A stretch of DNA of 64,000 nucleotides from positions 160,001 to 224,000 of the forward strand of contig CP084166.1 of NCBI GenBank assembly GCA_021513695.1. Reading direction: 5' to 3'. Of this stretch, positions 1 through 10,301 are shown piece after piece. The position numbers were made by a program, and so were the translations under genes. Position 1 is the stretch's first letter. Each line of letters begins with the position of its first letter. The notes below the pieces were generated by a model. That model was not told the origin of the DNA, ran no database searches, and worked only from the letters and a program-made list of their open reading frames with translations. The DNA is from Candidatus Heimdallarchaeum aukensis. Lineage in GTDB: Archaea; Asgardarchaeota; Heimdallarchaeia; Heimdallarchaeales; Heimdallarchaeaceae.

Positions 1-193
1 TATACCAAGAATAAATTCTTCAGGAATTTTTTCTAGGAGTTGAAGGAGAAGTGATTTGATAGATATTTGATTTTGTAAATAAAATGACAATTTGTTATGG
101 AATTCATTATTTTGAACTATTTGTCTTAGCAACTGTGTGGCAATTGTATCTTCTTTCACGTTTATTAAGTTCATTTAACCTTAATTAACTTTT

Positions 194-1183
194 TTAATAA
201 CCCATGTCCAAATTTACTTTATTAAGTGGTTCTTCTCCTCTCACGAACCTATTGATATTTTCAACTAGTTTAATTACACGATCGTGCCATTTTTTATCAG
301 TTTGCCAAGCGCGATGAGCAGACATAATTATGTTATCTAATTCCTGAAATGGATACTTAGAAGGGTAACAAGGAACAGGTTCTTGTTTCTCTCCTCTCCT
401 TTTTGGATAATTATACCAGACATCTATTGCTGCGCCTTTGATTTTTTTATTTTTAAGGCTGAGATATAGTTCTTCTTCATCTATTGTTTTTCCTCTTCCT
501 ACATTTACAATAATAGCTTCTTTTTTCATAGCGTTAAACTCTTCTTTTCCTAAGAAGTTTCTTGTTTCTTCAGTAAGTGGAAGTGAATTAATGATAAAAT
601 CAGCTTGTTTGATCGCTTCAATTCTCTTTTCTGGAGTATAAACTGTTACATTTTGCATTTCTGCGTTCTTTCTTCTTTTTATCGCGATAAATTTCATGTC
701 AAACGGTTTACAATACTCCATTACTTTTTTGCCTATATGTCCAAAGCCTAAAAATAATATTGTTTTATTTGTTAAACTTACAGAAGGATATTGGGTGTAA
801 TCCCATAGTCCTTTTTCTCTTAATAATTTGTCATTTGCTAACAACTCTTTAGAAGCTGCTAAAAGTAAAGAAAAAGCATATTCTGCAATTGTGTCTGAAT
901 GTTCATGACTATTACAGAGAATAATATTTTTTTCTTTGTAAATTTTTAAGTTGTGTCTATCTACACCAGTTCCAAATGTTTGATGAAACTTCAATTTATT
1001 TGTACTTTCTAGCTCTTCTTTTGATAATCTTCCACCTAAAACAATATCTACTTCTTGTAAGATTTTTTTTCTTTCATCTTCTGTAAGTTCATCTCTAAAA
1101 AATACTTCTACTCTCTCGTCTATTCTTTCTCTAATTTCTTCTTTTTCTTGTTCATTAGCGTTAATTAAAAAGAGTGCTTTCAT
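194..1183 (-). CDS. D-isomer-specific 2-hydroxyacid dehydrogenase family (NAD-binding)
   Basis: Rossmann GxGxxG 'LFLGFGHIGKKV'; catalytic-domain pattern 'GAAIDVWYNYP'; 329 aa is typical of the family. Confidence 0.7.
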   Translation of the reverse strand: MKALFLINANEQEKEEIRERIDERVEVFFRDELTEDERKKILQEVDIVLGGRLSKEELESTNKLKFHQTFGTGVDRHNLKIYKEKNIILCNSHEHSDTIAEYAFSLLLAASKELLANDKLLREKGLWDYTQYPSVSLTNKTILFLGFGHIGKKVMEYCKPFDMKFIAIKRRKNAEMQNVTVYTPEKRIEAIKQADFIINSLPLTEETRNFLGKEEFNAMKKEAIIVNVGRGKTIDEEELYLSLKNKKIKGAAIDVWYNYPKRRGEKQEPVPCYPSKYPFQELDNIIMSAHRAWQTDKKWHDRVIKLVENINRFVRGEEPLNKVNLDMGY

Positions 1184-1292
1184 AAGTTAAAGTAGATTTT
1201 CTCGTTAAAAATATTTTCAAAATACAAATATCAATTTCTAAATTTTTCAATTAAGGTTAACTATAAATAGTTTTATTACACTTTAAAATTAG

Positions 1293-2951
1293 ATGACTGA
1301 AAATTCGTCCAAAGATGAGAAAACTGCACTGATAAAACAACTTCGCTTAAGTTCTCTCCCCGTACAAAGGGAAAAGGCTGCAATATTACTAGCTAACTTT
1401 CCTGATTCTGAAGTGCTAGATGCTCTTCTAAATGCACAAATTCGTGATCCCAACCCAAAAGTTCGTGATGCAGCAGCTGCTTCTTTAGCGAGACTAATTT
1501 CATATTCAGAGGACGATGATTCAGAAATTTTGCCTGAAGATAAAAAAAAGCGATATAATCAAATTTTCAATCTAACAAAAGAAATAGAAATAATAAGACA
1601 AGGTACAACACGATTCAGATTTAACAAAAAAGATACACTTGAGATCACGCAACTTTTTAATCAGATAAAATCTGATAGATACCTCCCCAAACAGACTAAC
1701 GTTAGAAGTTTGATTAATTCTATTTTATTACTTCCAATAGATAATATTGATTTGGGAAGAGATGTAGCAATAACATTAACTGAAATACTAAAACGTAGTT
1801 TCGACGAAGAAGAAAGGTTGATAGCAATAGGTAGTTTAAGTAATATTGTAACAACAATTGAATCGTATAATCCCCTATTTGGAATTGCAGAAGCGTTTTT
1901 AATGATTTATAAGACATCAGACGATTCAGAGATGAGAATGATATCTTTTAGATGTCTCGAATTATTAATCTCAAAAACAAAATCAATGAATAAACTCAAT
2001 TACCATGTAGATAATCTTGCAAAACTTCTAACCTTCTCTTATGATAAGCGAATTCGAGAAATAGCTATATCTGCATATCCAGAGTTAGTATTTCTTTACA
2101 ACGAAAAATCTACTTTTTTAGTTGATCACATAATCAAGATTGTAAGAGCAACTTATGAAGATAGACTAAGAGAATTAGGTCTTAAAGCTCTAGAAGCACT
2201 GATTTTAAGAAAAAGGGTAACAGAAGAGAATTTTGAAAGCATTATTAAGATGCTAAAATCTCATCATTCTAAAAATATTCGAATTAGAGCAATTGAGTTA
2301 TTTCTGTCTATAATTTTACAAGCTCACGAAGATATGATAGATGATGCTTTAGCAAGTTTGTTTATTATTATGCAGAAAACAAAAGATGAAGATATATGTT
2401 ATACTGCAATACAGAATATTGAGCATTATTCATTGATAGATGTTCCTAAAGAAAATGTTCAAAATGTTTTTAGATTAATTGAAATAATTGCCACAACCTC
2501 TCCTCATCCACTAATCGCTCTAAGAGCATACAATCTTGTTTCGAAGATCATTTCAAATAAACCTAATCTCATAACAACAGACTTCATAGTCGAAATAGCT
2601 CATAATATGTTGTCTAGTAAAGATCTAGGTGTAACTGAACAGATTCTAGTATCTTTCTGTGAGTTAATCTACAATAGAGAGCTAAATCCTCTAGATATTA
2701 CACAAAATATTAGTAACATATTATTTTTATCTGATGATTCAGATATTTTAGAGGGATTAGTAACCATATTTCAGGAATTACTTGTTTCTGATAAAAGTAT
2801 TAATCCTAAAGATGTACTTGATAAATTGATAGTTATTATTTCAGAATCTAATGGAAAGCATGATGTGTTTAGAAGATTAGCTAATTTAGATGTAGATATT
2901 TTCAAAAAAAGTTCTAATAAAGAAAAATCAGAGAAGAAAAAGACCGAATAG
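1293..2951 (+). CDS. HEAT / PBS-lyase-like repeat protein
   Basis: N-terminal 'PNPKVRDAAAASLARL' HEAT-type repeat signature; all-helical repeat composition. Confidence 0.45.
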   Translation: MTENSSKDEKTALIKQLRLSSLPVQREKAAILLANFPDSEVLDALLNAQIRDPNPKVRDAAAASLARLISYSEDDDSEILPEDKKKRYNQIFNLTKEIEIIRQGTTRFRFNKKDTLEITQLFNQIKSDRYLPKQTNVRSLINSILLLPIDNIDLGRDVAITLTEILKRSFDEEERLIAIGSLSNIVTTIESYNPLFGIAEAFLMIYKTSDDSEMRMISFRCLELLISKTKSMNKLNYHVDNLAKLLTFSYDKRIREIAISAYPELVFLYNEKSTFLVDHIIKIVRATYEDRLRELGLKALEALILRKRVTEENFESIIKMLKSHHSKNIRIRAIELFLSIILQAHEDMIDDALASLFIIMQKTKDEDICYTAIQNIEHYSLIDVPKENVQNVFRLIEIIATTSPHPLIALRAYNLVSKIISNKPNLITTDFIVEIAHNMLSSKDLGVTEQILVSFCELIYNRELNPLDITQNISNILFLSDDSDILEGLVTIFQELLVSDKSINPKDVLDKLIVIISESNGKHDVFRRLANLDVDIFKKSSNKEKSEKKKTE

Positions 2952-3719
2952 TAATTGAGAAAAAATAAACATTGATATTATTATAGCAAGTGTATAATTC
3001 TCAAATTTGAATTCTTTAATTACCTCTTTAAACATCAAGGGAGAAAAAATAGAAAAAAGCAAAAAGAATGTCCCAGGATAATATAGATAGATTAAGAAAT
3101 CATTGTAAGATAAGGGAATGAAGAAAGCTACAAAAATAAAAAATGTAGCAAATAATAAATCTATAACTATATATGCTATAAGGGGTTTTCTGAAATTCTT
3201 ACATTTGTCTTGTTGGAAAGAAATAATTGTTAAAGGAAGAATAAAGAAGAATATATCTGTCATAAAGTCTGTTGTTTGAAGTATTTTTAGGGATAGATCT
3301 GAAAGCTGAAGTTCTGTAACTAAAGGCCAACCAACAAAAGTTAAGCTAAAAGGCCAAAAAACAGCCACTTTTACTAAATAAAACATGTCTAAAATGACAT
3401 GTGTAATCATCCCCACTCCAATTCCAATACTTATACTCCTAAAATCTATTTTACTTATTTTTTTATCAGGAATATACTTTTTTGTAATAAATCCTAGAAG
3501 GTAAATGAGTAAAGAAAGTACAGTAATAAAAAACAAGCTATGAGTAAATGTTCTATGTAAAATTGTAGCTTTTTCTCCAATGAAAAGATAAGCTAAAGCT
3601 GCAATAAATATATCAATATCAGGGAATATAGCTCCAAAAGCAGCTGATACTTTGAAACCTTCTTTTTTTCCAAAACTTGCTAAAACTAAACCTGAAAGAA
3701 GATGAACTCCTCCTTGCAT
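2928..3719 (-). CDS. polytopic membrane protein, membrane-bound metal-dependent hydrolase-like (YdjM/DUF457-like)
   Basis: Multiple hydrophobic segments; N-terminal 'HLLSGLV...FGAIFPDIDIFI' resembles the DUF457 His/Asp pattern. Confidence 0.35.
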   Translation of the reverse strand: MQGGVHLLSGLVLASFGKKEGFKVSAAFGAIFPDIDIFIAALAYLFIGEKATILHRTFTHSLFFITVLSLLIYLLGFITKKYIPDKKISKIDFRSISIGIGVGMITHVILDMFYLVKVAVFWPFSLTFVGWPLVTELQLSDLSLKILQTTDFMTDIFFFILPLTIISFQQDKCKNFRKPLIAYIVIDLLFATFFIFVAFFIPLSYNDFLIYLYYPGTFFLLFSIFSPLMFKEVIKEFKFENYTLAIIISMFIFSQLLFGLFLL

Positions 3720-3764
3720 AAGAGTTGGAATAAATGTTCTATTATAAATTTTCTTAATTTCAAA

Positions 3765-4046
3765 TTAAAGAACTTTATTTATTAGAGAAGATATTTTTTC
3801 AACTACTTCTTGTGCTTCCTCTTCTTCTACTCTATAAATTAGGATCTTTCCAGATGGAAATAAAGAAACTTTTTTTCCTTTTTTTGTTTCTAAAATGTAA
3901 ACAACTTTTGTCTCTCTTAGTATCTTGAAATACTCATCTTCAACAAGAATAGATTTTATTTTTTCTAAATTTATTGTTGTTTGCTCATCTGGTAAAGCTT
4001 CAAATCCTGTTTGTTTTTTGCACTTTTGAATGACAGAGTACTTCAT
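3765..4046 (-). CDS. hypothetical small protein (93 aa)
   Basis: Intact ORF with a coding-like composition; no family recognised. Confidence 0.3.
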   Translation of the reverse strand: MKYSVIQKCKKQTGFEALPDEQTTINLEKIKSILVEDEYFKILRETKVVYILETKKGKKVSLFPSGKILIYRVEEEEAQEVVEKISSLINKVL

Positions 4047-4156
4047 TTAGATGTCGTTTTTTACTATATTTTTATGCTTTTCTTTTTTATTTCTTATCTA
4101 CACTTTTGTTTTTGAAGTTTGGTAAAAGTTATTAATTTATAAAAATAAAGATTGTT

Positions 4157-5968
4157 ATGAAACAAGTTTTACTTCGAATTAATCTTTCTGATGGAACACA
4201 CAAAATTGAAACTATTCCCCAAGAGGTAAGTAGGCAGTTTCTCGGAGGAACAGGTTTTATTACTTACTTCCTTTATAAAGAAATCAAACCAAAGATAGAT
4301 CCTTTATCTGAAGAAAATAAGATAGTCATAGCTTCAGGACCTCTACAAGGAACAATTGTTCCTATTACTGGTAGATATAGCATTGGAACTAAATCTCCAC
4401 TAACAGGACTGTTTTTAGATACAAATGTGGGCGGTTTTGTAGGCCCTGAACTAAGGTTTGCAGGATATGATGTCATAATAATAGAAGGAATGGCAGAGAA
4501 ACCCATTTATATTTCAATAATTGATGATGTAATTTCAATTAAAGATGCATCATCATTGTGGGGTAAAACTACTCATCAAACAGAAGATAAACTTCGAGAA
4601 CTTGAAAATGAAGAAAGTATGCGAGTAATATCCATTGGCCCAGCAGGAGAAAATAAAGTTAAGATTGCTTGTGTTACTTCTGATAGGTTTAGAAACGCTG
4701 GAAGAGGAGGTTTAGGCGCAGTTTTTGGAAGTAAAAATTTGAAAGCCATAGGTATCAAAGGGAGTTCTAGACCCACAAATGGCAATAAAGAAGAATTAGA
4801 TAAAATAAGAAGAGGAATAATCAAAAGAGCTAAAACAGCAAAAGAGCATAAGCACCTACTTTATCAACATGGAACCAGCTGGTTAGTTGATATCGCCAAC
4901 CAATATTCTCAGTTTCCTACAAAGAATTTCCAGAGCGGGGTATTTGATAAACATGAGAAAATAAACCATAAAGCACTTGAAAAATATAAAAGAAAAAGAA
5001 GACCATGCTATAAATGTGTGATTTCTTGCTCTGAGGTTCTTGATGCTTCTTCTTTTGATTGGACAGATGAAGAATTTATTGCCAAACCCGAATATGAAAC
5101 TTTAGGATTAATTGGAGGAAATTGTGCAATTGATGATCCAGAAACAATAATCAAAGCAAATTATAGATGTAATGAATATGGTTTAGATACAATTTCAACA
5201 GGAAGCATAATTGCAATGATTATGGAGGGAGTAGAAAAAGGGAGAATTAAGGAAGAAGAATATCAAGATATTAGATTTGGAAATAAAGAAAAACTAATGG
5301 AACTAATTGACAACATTGCTTATCGCCAAGGTATTGGAGATTTTCTCGCTGAGGGACTGGTAGATGCTGCTAAAAAGTTTAATACTGAAGATTTAGCAGT
5401 ACATACAAAGAAGTTACCATATGCAGCTTGGGATCCAAGAGGAAAATTGGGTCTAGGTCTAAGTTATGCCACTGCAGCTGTCGGTGCAAGTCATTTAAGA
5501 GGTTGGCCATCAACAAGCGACATTCCTGACAAAAGTGCAGTATCAGTCATTGATTCGTTAATAGAGCAACAAGATTTGAAGACTTTAAAAGATAGCTTGA
5601 TCATATGCCATTTCACACATAGTATCAGCCCAGCATTAAATATTGATGATTGCCACAAAATGGTTGAAGCAGCGTTTGATGAAAAATTTGAGAGAGAAGA
5701 GATAATTAACATCGCAAAGAGAGTTTGGATACTTAAAAGAATGTTCAACATTAGAGAATTTAAACCAAACAAAGCTAAAGAATTTGATAAATTACCTCCA
5801 AGATTTTGGGAACCAATGCCTGAGGGAAGAGCAAAGGGAATGAAAGCTTTTATCTCTGAAGAAGATTTCAATAAATCTCTATTGGCACTATATGAAAAAC
5901 GAGGTTTAGATGAGTTGGGAGAACCTTTACCATCTACTATTTCCAAATTGGATCTTGATAAGATATAA
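4157..5968 (+). CDS. aor: tungsten-containing aldehyde:ferredoxin oxidoreductase (AOR family)
   Basis: The N-terminus ('LRINLSDGTHKIETIP...FLGGTGF...DPLSEENKIVIASGPLQGT...SPLTG...ELRFAGYD...AGRGGLGAVFGSKNLKAIGI') matches archaeal AOR over its length; 603 aa is equal to the known AOR size. Confidence 0.9.
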   Translation: MKQVLLRINLSDGTHKIETIPQEVSRQFLGGTGFITYFLYKEIKPKIDPLSEENKIVIASGPLQGTIVPITGRYSIGTKSPLTGLFLDTNVGGFVGPELRFAGYDVIIIEGMAEKPIYISIIDDVISIKDASSLWGKTTHQTEDKLRELENEESMRVISIGPAGENKVKIACVTSDRFRNAGRGGLGAVFGSKNLKAIGIKGSSRPTNGNKEELDKIRRGIIKRAKTAKEHKHLLYQHGTSWLVDIANQYSQFPTKNFQSGVFDKHEKINHKALEKYKRKRRPCYKCVISCSEVLDASSFDWTDEEFIAKPEYETLGLIGGNCAIDDPETIIKANYRCNEYGLDTISTGSIIAMIMEGVEKGRIKEEEYQDIRFGNKEKLMELIDNIAYRQGIGDFLAEGLVDAAKKFNTEDLAVHTKKLPYAAWDPRGKLGLGLSYATAAVGASHLRGWPSTSDIPDKSAVSVIDSLIEQQDLKTLKDSLIICHFTHSISPALNIDDCHKMVEAAFDEKFEREEIINIAKRVWILKRMFNIREFKPNKAKEFDKLPPRFWEPMPEGRAKGMKAFISEEDFNKSLLALYEKRGLDELGEPLPSTISKLDLDKI

Positions 5969-5974
5969 TTTGAA

Positions 5975-7738
5975 GTGACAAATATGGAAAGGAAAATAAA
6001 AGAAGAAGTTGAAGAATTTCTGAATTTAGAACCGAAAGAACAAATAAGTATCGTTCAAAATCAATGCGAAGAAGTAATTTCACAAATAAAAGAAAAAAAT
6101 GTTGACTTGGAACATTTCATATACCAAGTAACAAAATTCAAAACTTTTTTTTCTCTTTTAAGTAAAGTAAGAAGGATTTATAGAAAAGAATACTTTGATC
6201 TTGTAGTTAATACATTAGCTAAACTTTGGTATGCTGTCGAAAAGTGCCAATCTCAAAAGTTGCTTTACCCTACTTTATCCGCTTTTACAGAAGTATTTTC
6301 CAAACTCAAAGGGTTAAATCCGTACTTTACTTTAGAAGCTTGTATAAATAAAACAATCTCATACAGTTTACTCCCCTCAATTGTAGAGTTAGAGATTCTT
6401 CTATCAAAAGAAAAGCAACATCTTCAATTTCTTCTTGACTATTTTCAGTTAGAATCAGTTTTAAAGCTAGTAGAAAAAGAAGAAGAAAAAATAACAATAA
6501 TACAATCAGCAACAAATTACATTCAAACACTAATTTTAACCTTATACAATTTCCTTTTTACTATTCCTAATCTGAAAAAAAAGGACTTTATTTCATGGTA
6601 TAAATTATTTGAAGAAGCGTTAAGCAAAGCTATCTCAACACATAAACTACTACTAAAACAAGAACTTTCAGAGATAAATAAATTTAGGACACTTCTATCT
6701 AAATCCTCACTCCATTCTATAAAAGCACAACTATTACTACTTTGGATAAAGTTTCTAAACGAAAAAAATGAAGAGAAGTTAAATCTAGCCTTAATGGAAA
6801 ACACACAGGCCATGCAAACAATCGAACACCTGCTCGATAATTCAATATATAAAGAAAATGTTAAACCCTATTATTTCCAGTATAAAACATTATTTTTGGA
6901 AACACGATTTTATCAGTTACTACATAATTTTGTAAAAAGCCAGTTTAGAAATGATTTACGTGTAGGAGATATAAAAGATGACAAAAAATCTTTATCTCTT
7001 AAAAATCTTAAATTCCAAGTAGATGAAATATTGAATGAAATATGGGAATACATAAGTGAAATACAAACAAAGGGAGACGACAGTATTATTGGAGTTTCCT
7101 CAAATATGATAAACACTTATGCAAAAGTATCTTATGGAGCTTACATTTACGAAATAAGAGAGAATATAGAGCAGATGGAACAAATAATAAAAACAAGAAG
7201 ATTGGATATTAGCGACCCTGAGCTATCTCTCATGTTAGGAAATTATTGGTTGATGAAATGGGGAGAAAATAACGAAAATAATCGAAAATATCTAGAATTA
7301 GCTGAATCTTATTTCACACGAGCAGCAGAAATTTATCAAATATTATTTAACAACAAAAAACTTCCAATATATGCATTTAGCATTTCAGGACTAATTTCGT
7401 TAAGACAAAATAATCCTCCGAAAGCAGAAGTCTTTTTCATGAAAGCAGATGATGTATTTAATGATGCTAAATATGCAGAAATATTAAATGAATCAGAGAT
7501 ACTATACTATACAAAATTTAGAGAGCAAATTGATAGAATATTGAACAATGAAAAAATAAAAAAACCATTAAGATTTAATAAACCTTTTAACCCACTAGAT
7601 TTCAACACATGGACAATAGAAAAAAAAGACTGGAGAAAAAAGTTTTCTTATATTGCAGAACCATTTCCATTTCATTTAACACAATTAAAAATACATGAGT
7701 TTGAATTTATGAGCCCAAGAAAGGAGAACGAAGAATGA
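5975..7738 (+). CDS. hypothetical alpha-helical protein (587 aa)
   Basis: Long uninterrupted ORF, K/E/L-rich; no recognisable motif. Confidence 0.4.
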   Translation: MTNMERKIKEEVEEFLNLEPKEQISIVQNQCEEVISQIKEKNVDLEHFIYQVTKFKTFFSLLSKVRRIYRKEYFDLVVNTLAKLWYAVEKCQSQKLLYPTLSAFTEVFSKLKGLNPYFTLEACINKTISYSLLPSIVELEILLSKEKQHLQFLLDYFQLESVLKLVEKEEEKITIIQSATNYIQTLILTLYNFLFTIPNLKKKDFISWYKLFEEALSKAISTHKLLLKQELSEINKFRTLLSKSSLHSIKAQLLLLWIKFLNEKNEEKLNLALMENTQAMQTIEHLLDNSIYKENVKPYYFQYKTLFLETRFYQLLHNFVKSQFRNDLRVGDIKDDKKSLSLKNLKFQVDEILNEIWEYISEIQTKGDDSIIGVSSNMINTYAKVSYGAYIYEIRENIEQMEQIIKTRRLDISDPELSLMLGNYWLMKWGENNENNRKYLELAESYFTRAAEIYQILFNNKKLPIYAFSISGLISLRQNNPPKAEVFFMKADDVFNDAKYAEILNESEILYYTKFREQIDRILNNEKIKKPLRFNKPFNPLDFNTWTIEKKDWRKKFSYIAEPFPFHLTQLKIHEFEFMSPRKENEE

Positions 7739-7920
7739 ATAAGCAACAAAAGCAAAAAAAATCTATATGGCTAAAAGAAAATTTTTTGCTTTTACTTGTT
7801 TCTCTAATTACTATTTTTTTAGGAATATTTTTATGGTTTAAGTATGATGAAGTTTATTATCTTATCTTTACCTTTGTTACAGTTTCTCTATTTATCTATT
7901 TCTTATACAAAAACCAATAA
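7735..7920 (+). CDS. small 2-TM membrane protein, translationally coupled (ATGA overlap) to the upstream gene
   Basis: Start codon overlaps the stop of the 587-aa gene; two hydrophobic helices. Confidence 0.3.
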   Translation: MNKQQKQKKSIWLKENFLLLLVSLITIFLGIFLWFKYDEVYYLIFTFVTVSLFIYFLYKNQ

Positions 7921-8216
7921 ATTTGACAACAATCATTTTGAGACTATTGAGTAATATATAAAATAAAAGAAGAAAATTGTTTATTCTTGTTTCATTCTTT
8001 TAATTCTTCCAAAGATAAGGAGTTCTAGTCTTGGAAAAAACAGCTTAACACTACCAACTTCAAATTATTCAACCATGAACATTTTTTGTTTTGCAAGAAT
8101 TAGCTCAATAGATCAGAATCTACTTGATTTTTTAGTTAACTCAATTTTTGTTCTAATGGTGGTACTTAAATTCAATTTTGTTCTCAAGAATATAGTGAAA
8201 AATAATAAGTAAATCT

Positions 8217-8732
8217 TTATTCTTTTGACTTTCTTACATTAAATGTCCATATTTCATTGAAAACATAATTGTTAATTACGGAAAGAATAAATGCGATACT
8301 TGTTGCGATAAAATCATTAATGCTTAAGACTGTTGCTAATAGATAGACAATACCTAAATTTACTACTGTTCCTGATGCTCCTACTATGCTAAATTTGATA
8401 AATTGTTTAAGTACATTTACTTCAATTCCTTCTTCTTTTTCTTTGAATGTCCATATTTTGTTTAGAATGAAATTATATATTGTAACAATTATTATTGCAA
8501 TAAATGTTGAAATAATTATTTTTTCTATTCTTATTTTTCCTATTGTGAATAATAGATCTTTTTCTATAATTTGATTAAGTATTTTGAGCATGACGAAAAT
8601 AATAAGTTCATTAATAGCTAAACCACCTATGCTGACTATAGCGAATCTTGTGAATCTTCTTTTAATTTGAGGGCTTAAGCTTTTTTTCTCCTTTTCAGGA
8701 TCGTTTTCCATTTCATTCATTTTGTTAATCAT
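8217..8732 (-). CDS. GtrA-like membrane protein (duplicated GtrA-type module)
   Basis: Two repeats of the GtrA-like signature ('FTRFAIVSIGGLAINELIIFV', 'IKFSIVGASGTVVNLGIVYLL'), each followed by a TM helix. Confidence 0.4.
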   Translation of the reverse strand: MINKMNEMENDPEKEKKSLSPQIKRRFTRFAIVSIGGLAINELIIFVMLKILNQIIEKDLLFTIGKIRIEKIIISTFIAIIIVTIYNFILNKIWTFKEKEEGIEVNVLKQFIKFSIVGASGTVVNLGIVYLLATVLSINDFIATSIAFILSVINNYVFNEIWTFNVRKSKE

Positions 8733-8743
8733 GTTCTAAACAA

Positions 8744-9199
8744 ATGCTTTTTAAATGCTTTTACGGAATTTTTTCTAAACAGTTATTGTTGAGAGGTTTA
8801 CATATGACTATTCACGTACAATATCTATCTCAAGTTATAGTTAGAATGAAGTTTGAAGGCGATTTTGATGACAAATTGATCGATGAATTAGATCGTTGTC
8901 TGGATGAACAGATAGGGAATACCCAAAAACAGTTATTCTACTTAATTGATCTATCAAGTTATGATAAAATTACTGCTAATAATGCTTCAACTGTTATTGC
9001 TGATAAACTAGCAGAGAGGGGAGATATTATAGCTAATGTTGCTTTTCTTGGTCAGAAAAAGATTAAGATCAAGAATAAAGACATTAAAGCTAAGTCTGAA
9101 GTTTTCACTAGTGATTTTAGTGCACAAAACTGGATCAGTGACAAGTCTCGTCATGGTTTCTTGGACCATATTTCTGTGAAATCACTTTTGGATAGGTAA
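8744..9199 (+). CDS. hypothetical protein (151 aa)
   Basis: ORF only. Confidence 0.3.
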   Translation: MLFKCFYGIFSKQLLLRGLHMTIHVQYLSQVIVRMKFEGDFDDKLIDELDRCLDEQIGNTQKQLFYLIDLSSYDKITANNASTVIADKLAERGDIIANVAFLGQKKIKIKNKDIKAKSEVFTSDFSAQNWISDKSRHGFLDHISVKSLLDR

Positions 9200-9208
9200 A
9201 GTAATTAC

Positions 9209-10174
9209 CTATTCTCCCAAATTTTTTCTCCAGTTGTAATCTTCTTTTGCTATCAGTGTAACAGCAGAATCTTCTTTTGAATCGATGATTTTTAATTCTG
9301 TATTTTCTATAATCTTCTTTGAAAATTCTAGTATTTTTGGGTACCTTGGCATTATTTCATAAGGTAACCTTTTTCTTGCGTCTCCAACACTCATAAAACC
9401 TTTTACTTCTAGAAAATGAGCTTCTGATCTTAAAAATAATTCAGCAAAAGCTTCTGGTTCGACTAAATTGTAGTTTTCATCTACTAAAGTTAATCTTATA
9501 ACTTTTCTAGTGTTAAGCGAAGGAAGTAATTCAATTGTTTCCATCACTTTGTTCCATAGATTTGAAAAAGAAGGACGAGCAGTTTTTTTGAAACTTTCTT
9601 CAGTAGGGGCAATTAGAGTAACATAGAGTTGAGTAGGAAGAGGGTCAAGTTTCTTCAACATTTCAGGATTAGTGCCATTAGTTACTAGAAAAGTAGTCAT
9701 ATCACGATTGTGGAACTCTTGAATTAATTCTGGTAACAAAGGATAGAAAGTTGGTTCTCCACTTAAAGAAATTGCAGCATGTTTTGGATTGTAAGCTTCT
9801 TCATATAATCTTGGTTCTACTTTTGGATGATTTTTGAATCCTGCAATTAGTCTTCTTTGATGTTCTATCATTTGATCAATAATATATTCCGGTTTGTCAA
9901 CTTTTCCTCTCATTAATTCTTTGTTGTACCATGATGCACTTCTCCAGCAAAAAACACATTTTAGATTACACCATATTGTTGCAGGAGTACATTGAAGACA
10001 ACGGTGAGAAGCTATTCCGTAAAATTGTTGTTTATAGCAAAAACCTTCTCCTTTTAACGCGTGCTTTAACCAGGTGCAAATTTTTACTGCAGAGTGATTA
10101 CCAGCTATTCTGTACTGTTGTTTTTCTAGTTTGTCTTTCAATTTTGGAGGAATAATGTTTGTATTTAAACTCAT
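9209..10174 (-). CDS. taw1: archaeal tRNA 4-demethylwyosine synthase Taw1 (radical SAM, TYW1 homologue), full-length copy
   Basis: Radical-SAM CxxxCxxC 'CNLKCVFCWR'; upstream auxiliary Cys cluster 'ICTWLK...GFCYKQQFYGIASHRCLQCTP', characteristic of TYW1/Taw1; ~320 aa as in archaeal Taw1. Confidence 0.7.
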   Translation of the reverse strand: MSLNTNIIPPKLKDKLEKQQYRIAGNHSAVKICTWLKHALKGEGFCYKQQFYGIASHRCLQCTPATIWCNLKCVFCWRSASWYNKELMRGKVDKPEYIIDQMIEHQRRLIAGFKNHPKVEPRLYEEAYNPKHAAISLSGEPTFYPLLPELIQEFHNRDMTTFLVTNGTNPEMLKKLDPLPTQLYVTLIAPTEESFKKTARPSFSNLWNKVMETIELLPSLNTRKVIRLTLVDENYNLVEPEAFAELFLRSEAHFLEVKGFMSVGDARKRLPYEIMPRYPKILEFSKKIIENTELKIIDSKEDSAVTLIAKEDYNWRKNLGE

Positions 10175-10301
10175 TAGATTTACTTATTTTTCTTTATTTT
10201 TAGACTTTATCTTTATTGAAATTTTTTTTGATTAAATTTACTATAAAATTAACAAAGGAAAACAATAGATTAAAATATTTAAAAAATTAAAATATACTGA
10301 T

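Noticed and set aside
438-641. Short ORFs antisense to, or nested in, larger genes (for example 438-641, 1720-1917, 4273-4506, 4576-4824, 5491-5946, 6327-6813, 22195-22674, 29168-29425, 29835-30104, 32176-32541, 45307-45558, 45887-46177, 46896-47210, 47458-47766, 50014-50292, 51022-51342, 53053-53271, 58480-58749, 61759-62095, 63098-63523)
   Set aside because: Each is embedded in a longer ORF with a recognisable family or better coding features; translations are low-complexity (poly-F/L/S/I), as expected from antisense reading of AT-rich, K/E-rich genes.
9931-10155. 74-aa plus-strand ORF (and its twin at 13281-13505)
   Set aside because: Entirely antisense within the conserved Taw1 coding sequence; low-complexity translation; duplicated only because the locus is duplicated.
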